A DNA stretch of 64,000 bases from Octopus vulgaris (Eukaryota): the NCBI GenBank assembly GCA_951406725.2, contig OX597836.1, positions 15,996,001 to 16,060,000 of the forward strand, written 5' to 3'. A model generated the notes under the pieces. That model was not told the DNA's origin. It saw only the letters and a list, made by a program, of their open reading frames with translations, and searched no databases. Shown here piece by piece: positions 38,784-52,533 of this stretch; position 1 is the stretch's first letter, and every line of letters starts with the position of its first letter. The translations under genes and the position numbers were made by a program.

Positions 38784-39080
38784 TTTTTATATTTTAAATG
38801 CATGTGTCTGTGTATATATATACACACACGTGTGTAAGGTTTTTTTTATTTTAAATGCGTGTATATATATATACACACGTGTGCTGTTTTTATTTCAAAT
38901 GCATGTGTGCGTGTATATATATATATACACACGTGTGAAAGGTTTTTATTTTAAATGCGTGTGTATATATATATATATATACATACATGCATGCATTTTT
39001 TAAATTATAAACGCTTGTGCGTATATATATATATATGTGTGTATGTATAGATTTTTTATTTTAAATATGCTTGTGCGTGT
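38770..39080. repeat. degenerate minisatellite of about 45-55 bp
   Basis: Recurrent ttttattttaaatgc(a/g)tgt..(ta)n cacacgtg units, about six. Confidence 0.7.
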
Positions 39081-39929
39081 GAGTAAATTATAATCCAACC
39101 TACCCCACCCACCCCACAAATGGTGCTAGGTACCGCGTACCAGGGACGGTACCGTCTTTCAGTATTAATTAGTATCGTTGAATACTCCTACTGTCGTTGA
39201 AATCTTTCAGCCTTTTTTCTCTTACCCCAACCTTTACACACACAGTGCTCGACTGTTGATTCTAATATTTCATTAGTAGTAGTAGTCTGTCCAGGAATCC
39301 AATCCGTCAGTCGGGTTTCCAATCACGCTTGTAGCCAAATATCATTTAACTCCATTTCGCTACATGACAATAAAGAAAGCATTAAAATTGGAACAAAATA
39401 GACACCAAAGGTCCCTGAATGTCGTTCACATTTTCATTTCACACGTAAAAAACCCGTGACAACTTGTTCCTTTTCCTTCTGGAAGCAATCAATGATAAAA
39501 TGGACAGATAAAATAGCATATTATTTGCTGTGGATAAATTTTGGGGAAGGCAGGCCCTGGTTGGAATTAAAAAAAAAAAGATAAGAAAATTCGTTGTAAA
39601 TATTAGAAATGAATTTATAATTAATTCATACATCAGCGTATTATAATGAATTCTCTGTGATTATTTCATTGTAGTTTTATTTTATTATCAGTAGAATTAG
39701 TATTTTTTTAAAGTAGGAACTACGTTAGTAGTAAGAATACAGAAATTTAATGAATAAAGATGCAAGTAGGTAAGTGTATATTATACACAGATCAACAGGC
39801 AATTTTTTTCCAAGAAGCAGGCAATCTCCTAAGCCAACTACATCCGCAACGCGGTTTCAAATCTGGGTCTATTATTTTCGGGTATGTGACATTGGTCATT
39901 ATATGCTTCCGGGAATGGCATGAGGATTC

Positions 39930-40120
39930 CAACGTCAATTACTTCTGCCGGGGTCGACTTAGCTTTTCATTATTTCGGAGTCGATAAAATAAGTGTGTAT
40001 ATTATGTGACTACATAAAATAAAGTACCTGTTGAGCACTGGGGGTCGATGTAATCGACTTATACCCTGCTTCGAACTTACTGGCCTTGTGTCATATTTTG
40101 AAACCATTATTATTATTATT
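39930..40120 (+). mobile_element. SINE family B, diverged
   Basis: gggtcgacttagcttttcattatttcggagtcgataaa..ctgggggtcgatgtaatcgac..ggccttgtg..(att)n. Confidence 0.7.
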
Positions 40121-40133
40121 AATAGTATTCCTG

Positions 40134-40556
40134 ACGTCAATATTACATCTGCATTCTCGACACTGTATTTCTGCGAAATGTCATTAAAAAAATATGCATT
40201 TTGAAGAAAGTTATGAGGAAACAGAGTCGAGAGGGTGAAAGAAAATGATCCAACACTAATATTTACTCCACATGACAAATTAAAGGAAACGAATAATTAT
40301 AAAATTATCAAAGGAAGTGTATATATTTCTGAAAAATGCATGTTTTTAAACAAAATCTTTCAGAGGTACGTTTTCGAGGGTGCCAATTACAACTATATTG
40401 CTTAAAGCTAATATTAAAAATTAAAAAAAATTAGTGTCGGATCATTTTCTTTCACCCTCTCGACTCTGTTACCTCATAACTTTCTTCAAAATGCATATTT
40501 TTTTAATGACATTTCGCAGAAATACAGTGTCGAGAATGCAGATGTAATATTAACGT
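40134..40556. mobile_element. foldback/MITE-like element with 127-bp inverted arms
   Basis: 40134-40260 is the reverse complement of 40430-40556 with 3 mismatches; 169-bp spacer. Confidence 0.85.
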
Positions 40557-41239
40557 GGGAAATCGACGAAATTCTGCCTTAAGCACCCCTATATTCCCCG
40601 CCAACAAAATCTTTTACACCAAAAATGAAAAATGCTTAAGTTAGGAGGAGGACGTGTTGAAACGATCTGAAATTCTTCCCAAGTGGTTTATTTTAATAGT
40701 ATTTAACGTAATTGTAATTAGTAAATATCCTCCAAAGGATATTTCTGCAACATTTCATTAAAACTTATGCATTATTCATTAAATTATAAGGTGGGGAGGT
40801 GCCCATCAGTGAAACCCTTAATCTGTAATTTTGTCTACATTAGGCATTTTTTAAAAAAATGCTGTTGTGGCTGATTGAGAGACTTGGAGTTGATGTTGCG
40901 AAGGTGATGGCGTCTCATGCAGTATCTCCTCTTAATCATGAAAATATCCATTGTGCGATTATATATACCAGGGTTGGTTGGTTGGAAAAAAAAAAGGTAT
41001 CTGCTACAAGTGCCATGTTTGTAGGTGAGCAACTACTGTCAGATGTTCATGTTAAAGCAGCCCTTCTCGTAAAAAAAAAAGAACAAAAAAAAAAATGACA
41101 CTAGGAGAAAGGAGTCCGGTCATGTATATGTGGATATAACAAAAGACATAGTTAGTAAATATCTTATAACTATCAATTAAACAATGTAACGGTATATATA
41201 CGCCGTACCGGCATTTTAAATTTAGTTGCTCCGGCTGCG

Positions 41240-41340
41240 TCGACCAATGAGAAGAAGAGTTTGTGAAATTCCACCAATGAAACGATAGTCAAGCAACATG
41301 TTAGCCAATCAGAAGCTATCAGTAGTTTTGACGTCATCAC
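41240..41340 (+). promoter_or_regulatory. putative stathmin promoter: three CCAAT boxes and a CRE
   Basis: CCAAT at 41244, 41274 and 41305 (30-31 bp apart); TGACGTCA at 41329-41336; locally CpG-rich. Confidence 0.7.
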
Positions 41341-41369
41341 CCACCAGCCTTCCTTTGTTAAGCTGGTCA

Positions 41370-41409
41370 AACTAAGCTACGCGTTCTACTCGCTTCATCC
41401 GTGTGGCAG
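41370..41409 (+). other. putative non-coding first exon of stathmin
   Basis: Ends at donor CAG|GTATTG just downstream of the promoter motifs; the start position is a guess. Confidence 0.5.
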
Positions 41410-44400
41410 GTATTGTTGGAGGTTTGTTATTTTTTCCACAATCCTTAATTTATTATATATATACACATACAACCATACAATACACACGTTTATACATACA
41501 TTACAGGGAATCCTTTAATGTTTTCTTCTAAATATTCTCTTACACTAATTTCAAAGACATACATTAAGAGGGAGAGACAAATACAGTGTGATGCTATTTT
41601 TTAATTAATATGTCCAACCACTAATTTTCTGTTCAATACTTAATAAGCTTCGTTTCTTTAATTTAAATGCGGCACTTTGTAAATATATGCACCTTCAGAA
41701 ATAATATAACACACACACACGTATTTTATTGCATATCTATTCTAGATCTTTGTATAATATATATATATGTGACTCTCATCTCTGCCCTACATCCCAGCGC
41801 GCCCTGCTTTCCTCTACACCACAAGGCCCTGCCATTTTTCCCCCCCACTTTATTTTGATGTCGTTGTTATCCACCACCCCTCGTTTTCAATACTTACACA
41901 CACACAAACACCATTTATATATAATATATATGTATATATATACATACACGTGTGTGTGTACGTGCGTGCGAGGTGTCTGTCTCACCCTGCTCTGAAAATC
42001 AGAATGATGAGCAAGGGATATTGTACCCCCCCACTTTATTTTTTTACTATTCCCATCTCCGTTTCATTAGCGCTTTATTCTAGCCCCTCCACCCAATCAC
42101 TTCATTTTCACCTAATTCGTAACCCTTAACTGTTCTGTTTTCACTAATCATTCCTCAGATATATAGATATAAAATTAAACGGGGTGGTCATTGCTGGAAC
42201 ACCCCCTAATCATATATTCGTGTTCTGGTTCGGGGTTGCGTAGTTTTAAACGATAAATGTGTGCTTTTCATTTGAAGTTGTAGAAAATAGCTTCTTCATT
42301 ATCCGTCTTCCTCTTTGGCGCCCTTCTTATTTGCTGTCTTCTCCTTTCACCCTGCAAATTTAGGTCTCTGCCCAGAAAGAGCGAGACGGCCTCTGTGGGA
42401 AAGCAGACAAACTAGAAATAACAATCCAGTTTTTATTTTACACTCCCTAACGTTTTATAAAATAAGGAAAAAAAAAAGGGGGGACCTTGGATTGGACAAA
42501 GCAACTCATGATTTATAAAGACAAGAACATTTTTTTTCTATTTAATATGGTCATGTCGATGAGCTAAACAATAATATAAACCATATTTTTCTCTAATATT
42601 ACTTCAATATGACACCACTATCCCTTTTTTTCTGTCCCTTGTTCACCCATTGCCCGTTTTATTGTTTTCCCTATCACCAAACCGTTTCCATTTTTTTTTT
42701 CAAAAACATTAAAAAAAAAACAATTTTGAGGTTTTTAGATCGTTTATCGAACCCTGCTCTTCGTTTCTCTTAACTCTGGTGTATAGTTTGATACTTGTGT
42801 TTATAGTTTAGTTTGAGGTTAGTGTAAGAACGTATGAGAGACCTATTATATATATAGATAGTCAGACATTCCAGTGGTGACCATCTCATTTTTATCTATT
42901 TGTCAGCACAGTATATGTAGGGGCTAAGGTATGGTATAATATGAAGGAGCATCACTGGACTGCTTGTATTTTCAGCAGATCTAGCGTTATTGTTTTGGTC
43001 GATGTTGGTAGTTTAATTGCATTTGCGTCGCTGTAAAATCGTTTCCATGGTGTAGAATGACAAACAACATTGAAACAAATGGAATGAAATTAATATGAAA
43101 TCGGTGTCGAAAAAGTAAAAAAAAAAAGAACCAACTTAGGAACAGCCAAAACGTATGTGGAAAGATATTAATAATGTCTTCCCTAAATGTCACCATCTTC
43201 CTCTTTTAATATTCTTCGTCTTTCATTATCATCTCATCCACTTAATATCCCAATTATGTATACAGGCATTCATTGACTATGTATTTGTATGTGAGAAAGA
43301 GGGAGATAGTGTTGCCACCACCCCCGCTTTTTTAGCCCCAGGTTTGCAGGAATCAAAAGCCTTTCACCCGTGACCATCCTTTGTTTTTTTCCTTTATTAC
43401 TTTTCATTCAGTTAGTGAATTTAGGAGTTAATAAATTTTCCTTTTTAAAAATAGTTGGCTGTATAGATTACTATGTGTATGTATATGTTATTTGGCTGGA
43501 AATTATATGTTAAGATTATATATGTGTGTGTTTCAGTTATTAAAGCGGTTTATCTGATGGGTTACTCTATACTTTTGTATACACACACATACACGGGATG
43601 GAAATTAGCGATGAATGAAATATGTAAAATGTATACACACGCGAATAATAAATACGCAAATGCATTAATGTGTGCTTGATATATGTATATATGTATGTAT
43701 ATCACACGCGCGCACACACCCAGGCATACATTGACGCTAGTATAAGCCGATATACCGGCATGTAGTTGCGGATGAATATAATGTATGTGTATATATATAT
43801 TCATGTCATTTATTTTTTTACTAATTTCTCATGCGCATTTTTCACAAGGTGTAATGTATGTATGTCTACGTGTGTACACACACATATACACAAGTCATTT
43901 TGTGTGTCCATAAATGTATAATATCTATGTTTGTATAAAATATACAATTTGTGTATACGGAATATATAATCACATGTGACATTATCATAATGTAATTTAT
44001 GTGTAATTGTATTTATCTTTTATTTTTTAATGCGTTTAATGATTCAGTGATGAAGAGGGTATTTGATAAAAGTGACTGTTTACTTCTTGTTGGTATCAGT
44101 TTTGATCCTCAGTCGCCACTCCTTTATCGTTAAAATAAAATGAAAAATCCCGGGACTTTTTAGATTAGAGAAAGAGCGGGTTTGCAATAATAAACCCCGC
44201 CACTATTCATTTTTGTGGCATGCCCCCCCTCTCTCTCTCTCCTCTTCTCCCTGCAGACCTCATACAGCTTCGTGCCTATGCAAGACGTTTGTTATTGAAT
44301 GTATGAGAGTAGGGAAAGGATTAAAGGGCTGTAAATATTTTCAGTCTGGGGTATATGGAAAGGGGGGGAGGGTTGTGTGCTGAGAGACAGGAGAAAAAGT

Positions 44401-46539
44401 AGGACATGGTTTAACCGTCTCTGCGAATTGAATTTGAGGTGGTGGTTGTGGTGGGCTGATAATTGCGCGCCATCTCTCAACGCGCACAGACCGACCTAAC
44501 CCCCCTCTCTCTGTTTTCTTTTAACTGCGACCCCTATATAAATACGTGCGCACACACACACACATATGCACACATACGTATCAATGTGTGTGTTTGTATT
44601 ATGTTTCTCCCTCCCTCCTGTCGTTAATATCTCTTACCTTCCTGCTTGACCTGTCTAATCTCCATTATTTTCGCTGTCCTCCCCCTGTACCTCCTTTTCT
44701 TCCTAATGTATAAATCCCCGACCATCATCTCTCCTCTCTTGTGTATACATGTTTGTTTGTGCGTGTATAGACTAATATATATATATATATATATATGCCC
44801 ACTGATATACTGAGAGATTGCTAATGGCAAGACCCTTGTGGTTCTTATCAGCCTCCATCGAAATCATGTGATGATGATAATATCAGTTACCGGGCTTTAA
44901 TGACACCACGTTTTCTCCCGCTGAATTCACCCCACTGCTTCTTTCCCTGTCTTCGTCACCTTTCGTTCGTGATGGTTGTTTATTTATGTAACTTGTAATG
45001 TTTATTTAAATTACTTTCGCTTTCGAATGTGGGGTATGTAGAAGGGTTTGAAGAGAAGTGTCCTCATGAAGCAAGAGCATCATGTGACACATTAATTTTA
45101 TTGAATCGGTTGACATCTCATTCGTAACGTCTTCATATATTAAGAATCAAAGGAAAGCAAGAAAAAAATAATATACGCTTCACCGCCTTTACACCTCAAT
45201 CTAACTCTTTAAAAGAAAAGTGTGTTAAGGGAAGATGGTGCAAACTAAATCGGCTTTTGACTTTGGTGACATCGTTAATAACTATGACTAATAATAATAT
45301 TAATGTATGATGTAGTATCAACTAATTCCTTGTGGTAGTTGCTTCCACACTACTCACGTCGCGCTCTCTTTCTACGCTACGACCAGCGTCACGGCCTCTC
45401 ACCTCATCCATCCACAACGATTGTCTTAGGACACCACTTATGAATGATAACCTTTTCCCGTTCCATTGTACACCCCTTTTATTAAATTCCATCACAGTCT
45501 CAACGCCATCCCCACATTCTATGACTTGAGTGTATGTCGTCGTTCGAACTGGGTCTTTCATGTGATTTCTTTCATCTTTACCCCCTTCCACCCTACCTCT
45601 TTTTCTCTTTGGTGGTTGCTTTGACTACACTCGGGTGTGGTAGGAGATGGGATCTGCCGGCAGCAGACCAGGCGAATCATCATCTATATAGTAGCAGCAG
45701 TAGTAGAGGTGGTGGTGGCGATAAGGTAGAGAGGATGGCTCACCGATCAATATTTCTAGTCTGGAGTTTGGATTGAACCAAGATGTTAATTATGCTTTCA
45801 TCAAACGAGATGCAGCTTTTTCTTTTTTTTTTTTGCTTCTTCTCTTCCTTCTTCAGACTCAACAAACAACAACCTGGTGATGGGTCAGCAGTTACCTCTT
45901 CTCACAAGGTTTTGGACATTCACCAGACTCACACTATAACGGTTTAACTCCAGTCCTACAACAGTTAAACTCTCCGACCTTCCACCTCTGGTCACAAAGA
46001 GTAGAGAGGCTGATATAATATTAATATTAATATTATTATTAATAATGATAATAAAATTAGTAGCATTGTAATGCAGTATATTAAGTCTGTGGGCAAAAGA
46101 CATGACTTGCTATTTCTCTGAACAATTCTCTTTACTTTTTGCCTTCAGGACAACTTTGATGTAACAAGTTCCCAAAATTCGAATTAGGGTCAACTAAATA
46201 AATTAACACCAGCACACTATTAGTAATTCGATTTGATGAAAGATATTTCGTTTAAATTTTCTAAATTTAAAATCGTGTTATCCATTAACTAACTGAATTT
46301 TTTTAACCATTTTCTTGACCCTGACCAAAATGTTGGTAGGGTCAAGTTGACCTTTAGTTGTTCAATAGAGAGAAATGGTAACCATGTGTATTGCTCAGGT
46401 TCCCATGCTGTATCGGTAAATGGGTGTGGAATTGCAAGAAATTATGATAGATTCTGATTTTTCTTTATTATAAATTTGCATAATTTCTGTTTAATTAGCA
46501 GAACTACGAGTCAGTGTCAATTACATACATATACATAAG

Positions 46540-46544
46540 AGTGC

Positions 46545-46594
<50 letters not shown>

Positions 46595-47045
46595 ATATAT
46601 GTGTGTGTGTGTATATATGTGTGTGTGTGTATATATATGTGTGTGTGTATATATATGTGTGTGTGTATATGTGTGTGTGTGTATATATGTGTGTGTGTAT
46701 ATATATGTGTGTGTGTATATATGTGTGTGTATATATATGTGTGTGTGTATATATGTGTGTATATATATGTGTGTGTGTATATATATGTGTGTATATATAT
46801 ATGTGTGTGTGTGTGTATATATATATGTGTGTGTGTGTGTGTGTATATATGTGTGTGTATATATATGTGTGTGTGTGTATATATATATATGTGTGTGTGT
46901 ATGTATATATATGTGTGTGTGTATGTATATATATATGTGTGTGTATGTATATATGTGTGTGTGTGTGTATATATATATATGTGTGTATATATATATATGT
47001 GTGTATATATATATATGTGTATATATATATGTGTGTGTATATATA

Positions 47046-47077
<32 letters not shown>

Positions 47078-47095
47078 GGTATATATATATATATA
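46540..47095. repeat. alternating (GT)n/(AT)n compound microsatellite in the intron
   Basis: Direct repeats. Confidence 0.95.
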
Positions 47096-48339
47096 CACCT
47101 TTGAAGAATTTCTTCAATGAGTCACGAGGTCTCTTTGGCTCAAAATTTTATTATTTTCCCCTCCCACCCCCTTTTTTTTTCTGTCTAGGTCTTTTGCTGC
47201 TACAAAAGTGCATTGCCTATTGGCGGCGGCGTTAGGCTTTTATTGATTGTGACATTGAAAACGGTTTTTAGCTTTCAGTTTTAGCAGTCACATCTCTCTA
47301 CTTATGTTAATTGTGCAGCTCTGGCTAGCAGAGAACTGCAGCCTGCTGATGTTTCTCCCTCGTTGTCTCTAGCTCTATCAGCCACTAGTTCCGTGACTGA
47401 AGCTTCCATAAATTGTACCGTGTTACATGTGTGTGTGTGTATGTATATCTTGACTACAGGCTGGTCCTGCCCTGCCAGGATAATACATTCTTATACTTTA
47501 TTTTCTCAATTTAATGATGATGATAATAATAATAATGTTAGCTGATATTAAAAAGTGGTGGGATGTTAATTGATGGGATTTTATTTTGGAGGGATAGAAT
47601 TCACTGAATTTATTTAAAAAATAGCAACTAAAAGTATTGGCTCAATCTTGAAATCCTGGTTTCCAATTTCAGTTGACAAACTGTAACCATAGTTGAGTAT
47701 TTTACATTTGTTTTCTGACTCCTTGGCTTTGCCTATGGGACTTGATCTTACCTGTGGAACTTGTTGATCTTTGAAATGTTTACTGTGGGTTCTGGTGTTC
47801 AGCCTTATGATCAATGTTTTGCTCTTGAGACTTAATACACAGTCAGTTGCTTGTAGGGTTTGATGCTCAGCCTTGTGTCAATGAGGCCATTGCTTGTGGT
47901 CCTAATGTCTGACTTAGTACCAGTGCAGCCTCATACTCAAACCTGTTGCATTTAGGACCTTGATACTTAGCCTGTTGCCTGGAGTCGTGGATCCTTGGTC
48001 AACTACCACTAGAACTTGATCCATGGCCTGCTATCGATGTATAATTGTCCTGCGTTTACTAATTAAATGATTTCACCTGTAAAATGTTTAATAGTTGACA
48101 GTTGTTTACTTTATTGTTTAATAAATGACTTAAAGCTATAAACTTTGATTCCCCCATTGGTATGTTATCTATCATTGTGTGTGTGTGTGACAATATCTGA
48201 TTGGAATGAGACTAGGTTGTGTTGATGAGCTAAGAATAACTGTTGACAATTCAAAGTTGACCCCCCTCCCAAACAAGCAATTAAGTCCATCTCATAAAAC
48301 TGAATGCCAAATTTCTCTTCCTTCCCTTCTTCATTGACG

Positions 48340-48572
48340 ATTCCCACATTTCTCTTGGAATAGTCTGCACTTTTTCTACTGATTTCGAAAATAATGAAGA
48401 ATTTCGTAAAAATAACATTGTCATGATTAAGCTGGTGTTAAGGGACATAAACATGACATTTTGGTGGAAGAGGGTTTAATTTTGATCCCTTTAAAATGTA
48501 ATGGCTTGTATGATATAATAGAATGGGGTGAGGTTGGGCAGTTTCAGGTTGGTTGCTTTAAAAAAGGGTTAA
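48340..48572 (+). mobile_element. AT-rich MITE copy ending aaagggttaa
   Basis: Same core as 9190-9580 and 59783-59965. Confidence 0.6.
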
Positions 48573-49539
48573 TAAGAAATTATACTTTTTTGGTATGCTA
48601 CCTGTTGTGTGTTATATGTGGACTGATTGCTGTTATTAGTGTAAATGTATGTTGTGTGTTTGGAGAGTCAAAAAACCTCATTAGAAATGTTCACCATTTA
48701 CCCTCTCTGTAATGAAGATTCAAATATTGCATACATTTAATTGCGTGTGTGTGTGTGTGTGTTCATGGTCTGACTAGAAAGTGGTTAAGGTGAGGGTTGT
48801 TCGTTGTTCACCTATCTCTGGAAATACAGGTATCACATGAGCTGCCAAGTGGTTGGGGAGGGTTGGTTGTTGGAAAGAGAACCCTTTTCCTTTTGATTAA
48901 TTCATGTGTTGAAATGTATGTCGTTGGTAATTAAAAAAAATGAAGGGGAAAAAAAAAAACTATTTGCTTGTGACAATCGGCAGTATTCCATTGGTTCATG
49001 TTTGTCTAGGAACTGACCATATCCTGGTAGTCTCTAGCAGAATGCTTCTTCTTCTTCTCTGCTCCTAAATCATCCATCACTAGGTACGGCAGATTGTTAT
49101 GTACAGGTCTGAAATGTAAGAGTGTAGTTCAGCTGTTGTAAGCTATTTGTCATCAAGTATTGTAAAGCTGCATCTACTAGATTTGATGCAGGCCTGCCTT
49201 GGTTGCTGCTGCTGCTACTACTACTACTACGACTACTTGTGCTGCTGCTGCTGCTAGTCAAATCAATATGCCCATCATTACGTCAGACTTGAGAAAATCT
49301 TGCCAACTGCAGCAGCATTACTCATAAGGGGCTTCTGTTTGTCAGGCTGCAGCTATCCAGCTACATCACTGGAATACTTTATAGGATATATTACACTGAG
49401 ATGTTCAGCTACCGGACTCTCGTCGCCGTGACTGCCTCTTGCTAAACCTCCCGTACTCTATTTCAGCTGGACCGAAGGAAGACTAAAAGTGAATAGTTAT
49501 TAGTGCCTTCAGTGTGACTGCTTCCTTTTAACTAAAGAC

Positions 49540-49549
49540 ATGTCTGCAG
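49540..49549 (+). CDS. STMN: stathmin, initiator coding segment (ATG TCT GCA G) of exon 49467-49549
   Basis: Acceptor tttcag at 49461-49466; donor CAG|GTAAGA; phase 1 matches exon 56836 and the short phase-1 first coding exon of vertebrate STMN1. Confidence 0.75.
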
Positions 49550-50791
49550 GTAAGAACAGCTTTCTATTACTTTATATTATCTTTAACATTTTTTATAATA
49601 TATAACCAATATAACCAAATTTTTTCCTTTGACTAAAGAACGGCTGTTTATTATTTTGACTGATTTAAGACACTTGTTTTACTAAATGTGAGATCATCTA
49701 CTGTCAGTGGTTGTTTTATTTTTTTTTTTTAGTTCAATCTGTCAGTCTGGGTGTGTTTGTATATTTTTCAATGATCAATTTCCTATGATTTCATTCAACC
49801 AAAGCCATGTTATTAACATAAAATATTCACTTTTCTCAACCTCTTCTTCTCATCTGTCCTTTTTCTTCTTTCTCACCTGTCTATTTTCCCCCCATTTCAT
49901 TCATTCCCTATCCTTTTTTCATTTCTAGTTTCTCTTTCATCTTTTTCTTCTCATTCCTACTTCTTTCTTTACCTTTTTTCCTTTCTTCTTTTTCATCTGA
50001 TTCTCTTTCTTTACTAATCTTCTACTTAACTGATTGTCATTTTTAAAATTTTAAATGACTAACACTTTTCATTTTCAGCTACTAACCCTTAAAACACAAT
50101 CATTGTTTTAGCCATAATCCATTCTCATGTTGCATTAAATCTTTCTAATCCACTTGTTAAACCCTTTCTGTTAGCCCCCTCCTTCTGTAAAAGAGAGATG
50201 GCAGGTTCTTCATTTCTCCCTCTTGCAAATTTCCATTCCAACTGCAGTAAGCAGCAAGTCTTGAAATAGATTCACCACTGTCTGTCGGTGCTAAGGAATG
50301 GTTTTATTGATTTCATGTGGCTAGGAGTATCTCTAGTCTGCAGCTTATCAAGAAATACCATTGTGGATGGTGAATACTGATTGTCACCCTGCCGCGGCGG
50401 CTATCTTCTCCCTCATTCTATCATTAACCGGCTTTATCAAGAAATCTATTGAGAAAAAATATTTAGCAGCTTAGTTCATTAGCCACACAACTGCCTTTAT
50501 TAATTAAAGCCTAGGTGTGAATAGGATTTGAAGAATATATATATATATATATATATTGAAAAAAAAAATGACATGCATTTGAAATATGTTAAATTTAAGA
50601 TTATAATCTTTTTTCAGCTTCTGATATTAAGGGTGGGAAACGGTTAAGAGATTGTTGTTGCTTGCTTTGTTTTTTGTTTTTTTTCACTTTTTCTCCATAT
50701 GTGTGTGTGTGTGTGCGCGCAAAGGTGTATATATGTGTGTACGTTTGTGCATGCAAAGGTGTGTGCGCGTGTGTGTGTGTGTGTGTGTATA

Positions 50792-50865
<74 letters not shown>

Positions 50866-51281
50866 CGTGTGTGTGTAATTGATAGCTTCTTGGCTTTTTA
50901 ACTGACTCATTACTAATCAGCTTGATTGGTATGGCAGTCCACACCCACCTCTGTGTGTATCTTTTGTGTGACTTGAAATTTTATATTTTTTCATCTCAAA
51001 ATAATTCAGTGTTTTTTTTTTTTTTTTGTTCAATTTTTCTCTTCATTTTTTTTCTTGTGAATGTTTTTTTTTTCTCTCTGTGTATGTGTAAAATTTTAGT
51101 CAAAGCTTTCGAGGTGCTTTCTTTATTTGATCAAAAAAACTGTTTCTTTCTAAACCTAACAAACTTCTAACAATGATGAAGAAGATAATAATAATAATTC
51201 AGGTGTAACAGTTGTCATTTCGATAACTAACCTACTGCTACCTGCCTTTCATTTATTATTTATTTATTATAGTCATTGCTT

Positions 51282-51320
<39 letters not shown>

Positions 51321-52428
51321 GTGAAGCTTCTCTACACTTTGCTTGCTACAGCCTTCCCTTAACGAGCATTTCTGTATCTACTCTACTCGGGTGAATTAGC
51401 TTACTGTTCAATAAATCTAGAAAAATCCTTATTCACTAATGATATTAAGTTCTCAAAGAACTGATCCTTGTCTTAACAACATTGTATTATTATTATTATT
51501 ATTATTCTACCTAGTGTCATTCACTGCAGCTAGGTAGTGGAAGCACTTCATCTCATTGAGCCGAACCTCTTGTAACGTCGTCAGAAACTTTCAGGTTTCA
51601 GTGAAGTAGCTCCTCTACTCGTTAGAGTCTATTGATGATGATAACGATGATAACGACAATCAATGTAGTGCTGAGAAAAGAAGAAATTTTGCCAGTGCGA
51701 ATCACTAATTAGGAACGTGATTTTTGCCAGATCTTTCGGTTTTTCTCAAATCATTTTGTGAGGTTTTTTTTTTAGTTTTTTTAGTTTTCCTTTCTTTAAT
51801 GATTAAAACTGATGTTTTAATTTGAGTATTTAAAATATTTTTCAGTGGGGTTTTTTCTACTATTATTTTTTTTTTTTACTTCAGTGGAAACATTAAAACG
51901 AGAAGCTCATTAGTTTAATTTTAAATAGAAAAAACGTGATTAGAAGAATTTGTATTTTGTTTGTATTTAAGATTTAAAGTTATTAACTCTCTCTCTCTCT
52001 GTCTCTTTCTCTCCCCCCACCCCTGTGTCTAACTTCTAAAAAAATTATTCCTTGCCCTGATAACCGAGGCTGGTTTCTTCAGAATGACACAGACCCCACC
52101 CAACCATTTGCTATATTAAAAGATGCATTTGGTTCTGATCTATCTCTATCTCTCTCTCTTTTGCCCTTCTTCATTCTCTCACAGTTCTGCATTTTTATAA
52201 GAAACTTGCACATTTGGCTTACCATTTCTCTCAAGAAATTAAGCCTTCATTAGCTTTTTTTTTTGCCTCCCCCACTCTTGTCTTGATATCTGAAACATAT
52301 TACATACATATATATATTTCTCTTCTCTTTTTTAAAACCTTATTCTTTTTTCTTTCTTTCTTTTCTTTTTGCCTTTCCTAATCTATGATTATGCCTCTCT
52401 ATTTATTTAATGGTGTTTTTTCCTGCAG

Positions 52429-52533
52429 TCTGCAAGTGGATAAGTGGTTTCTGTATATGGGAAAATCACAAAAAAATTCAGCATCAAGTCCATCCTGATC
52501 AGCAACCATTTGATGCCCTTATAATATGGAGAG
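52429..52533 (+). CDS. STMN: stathmin candidate cassette exon (VCKWISGFCIWENHKKIQHQVHPDQQPFDALIIWR)
   Basis: ttttttcctgcag acceptor, AG|GTAGAG donor, 105 nt, phase 1-1, open in the frame that joins 49549 to 56836. Confidence 0.6.

Noticed and set aside
45880-45940. ATG GGT CAG.. (MGQQLP) as a myristoylated alternative stathmin start
   Set aside because: The only nearby donor is weak and in phase 2, incompatible with the phase-1 downstream exons, and the frame stops soon after.
48960-49466. Second promoter just upstream of the ATG exon (ATTGG at 48990, TTACGTCA at 49278)
   Set aside because: Isolated short motifs are expected by chance; plausible but unsupported without start-site data.
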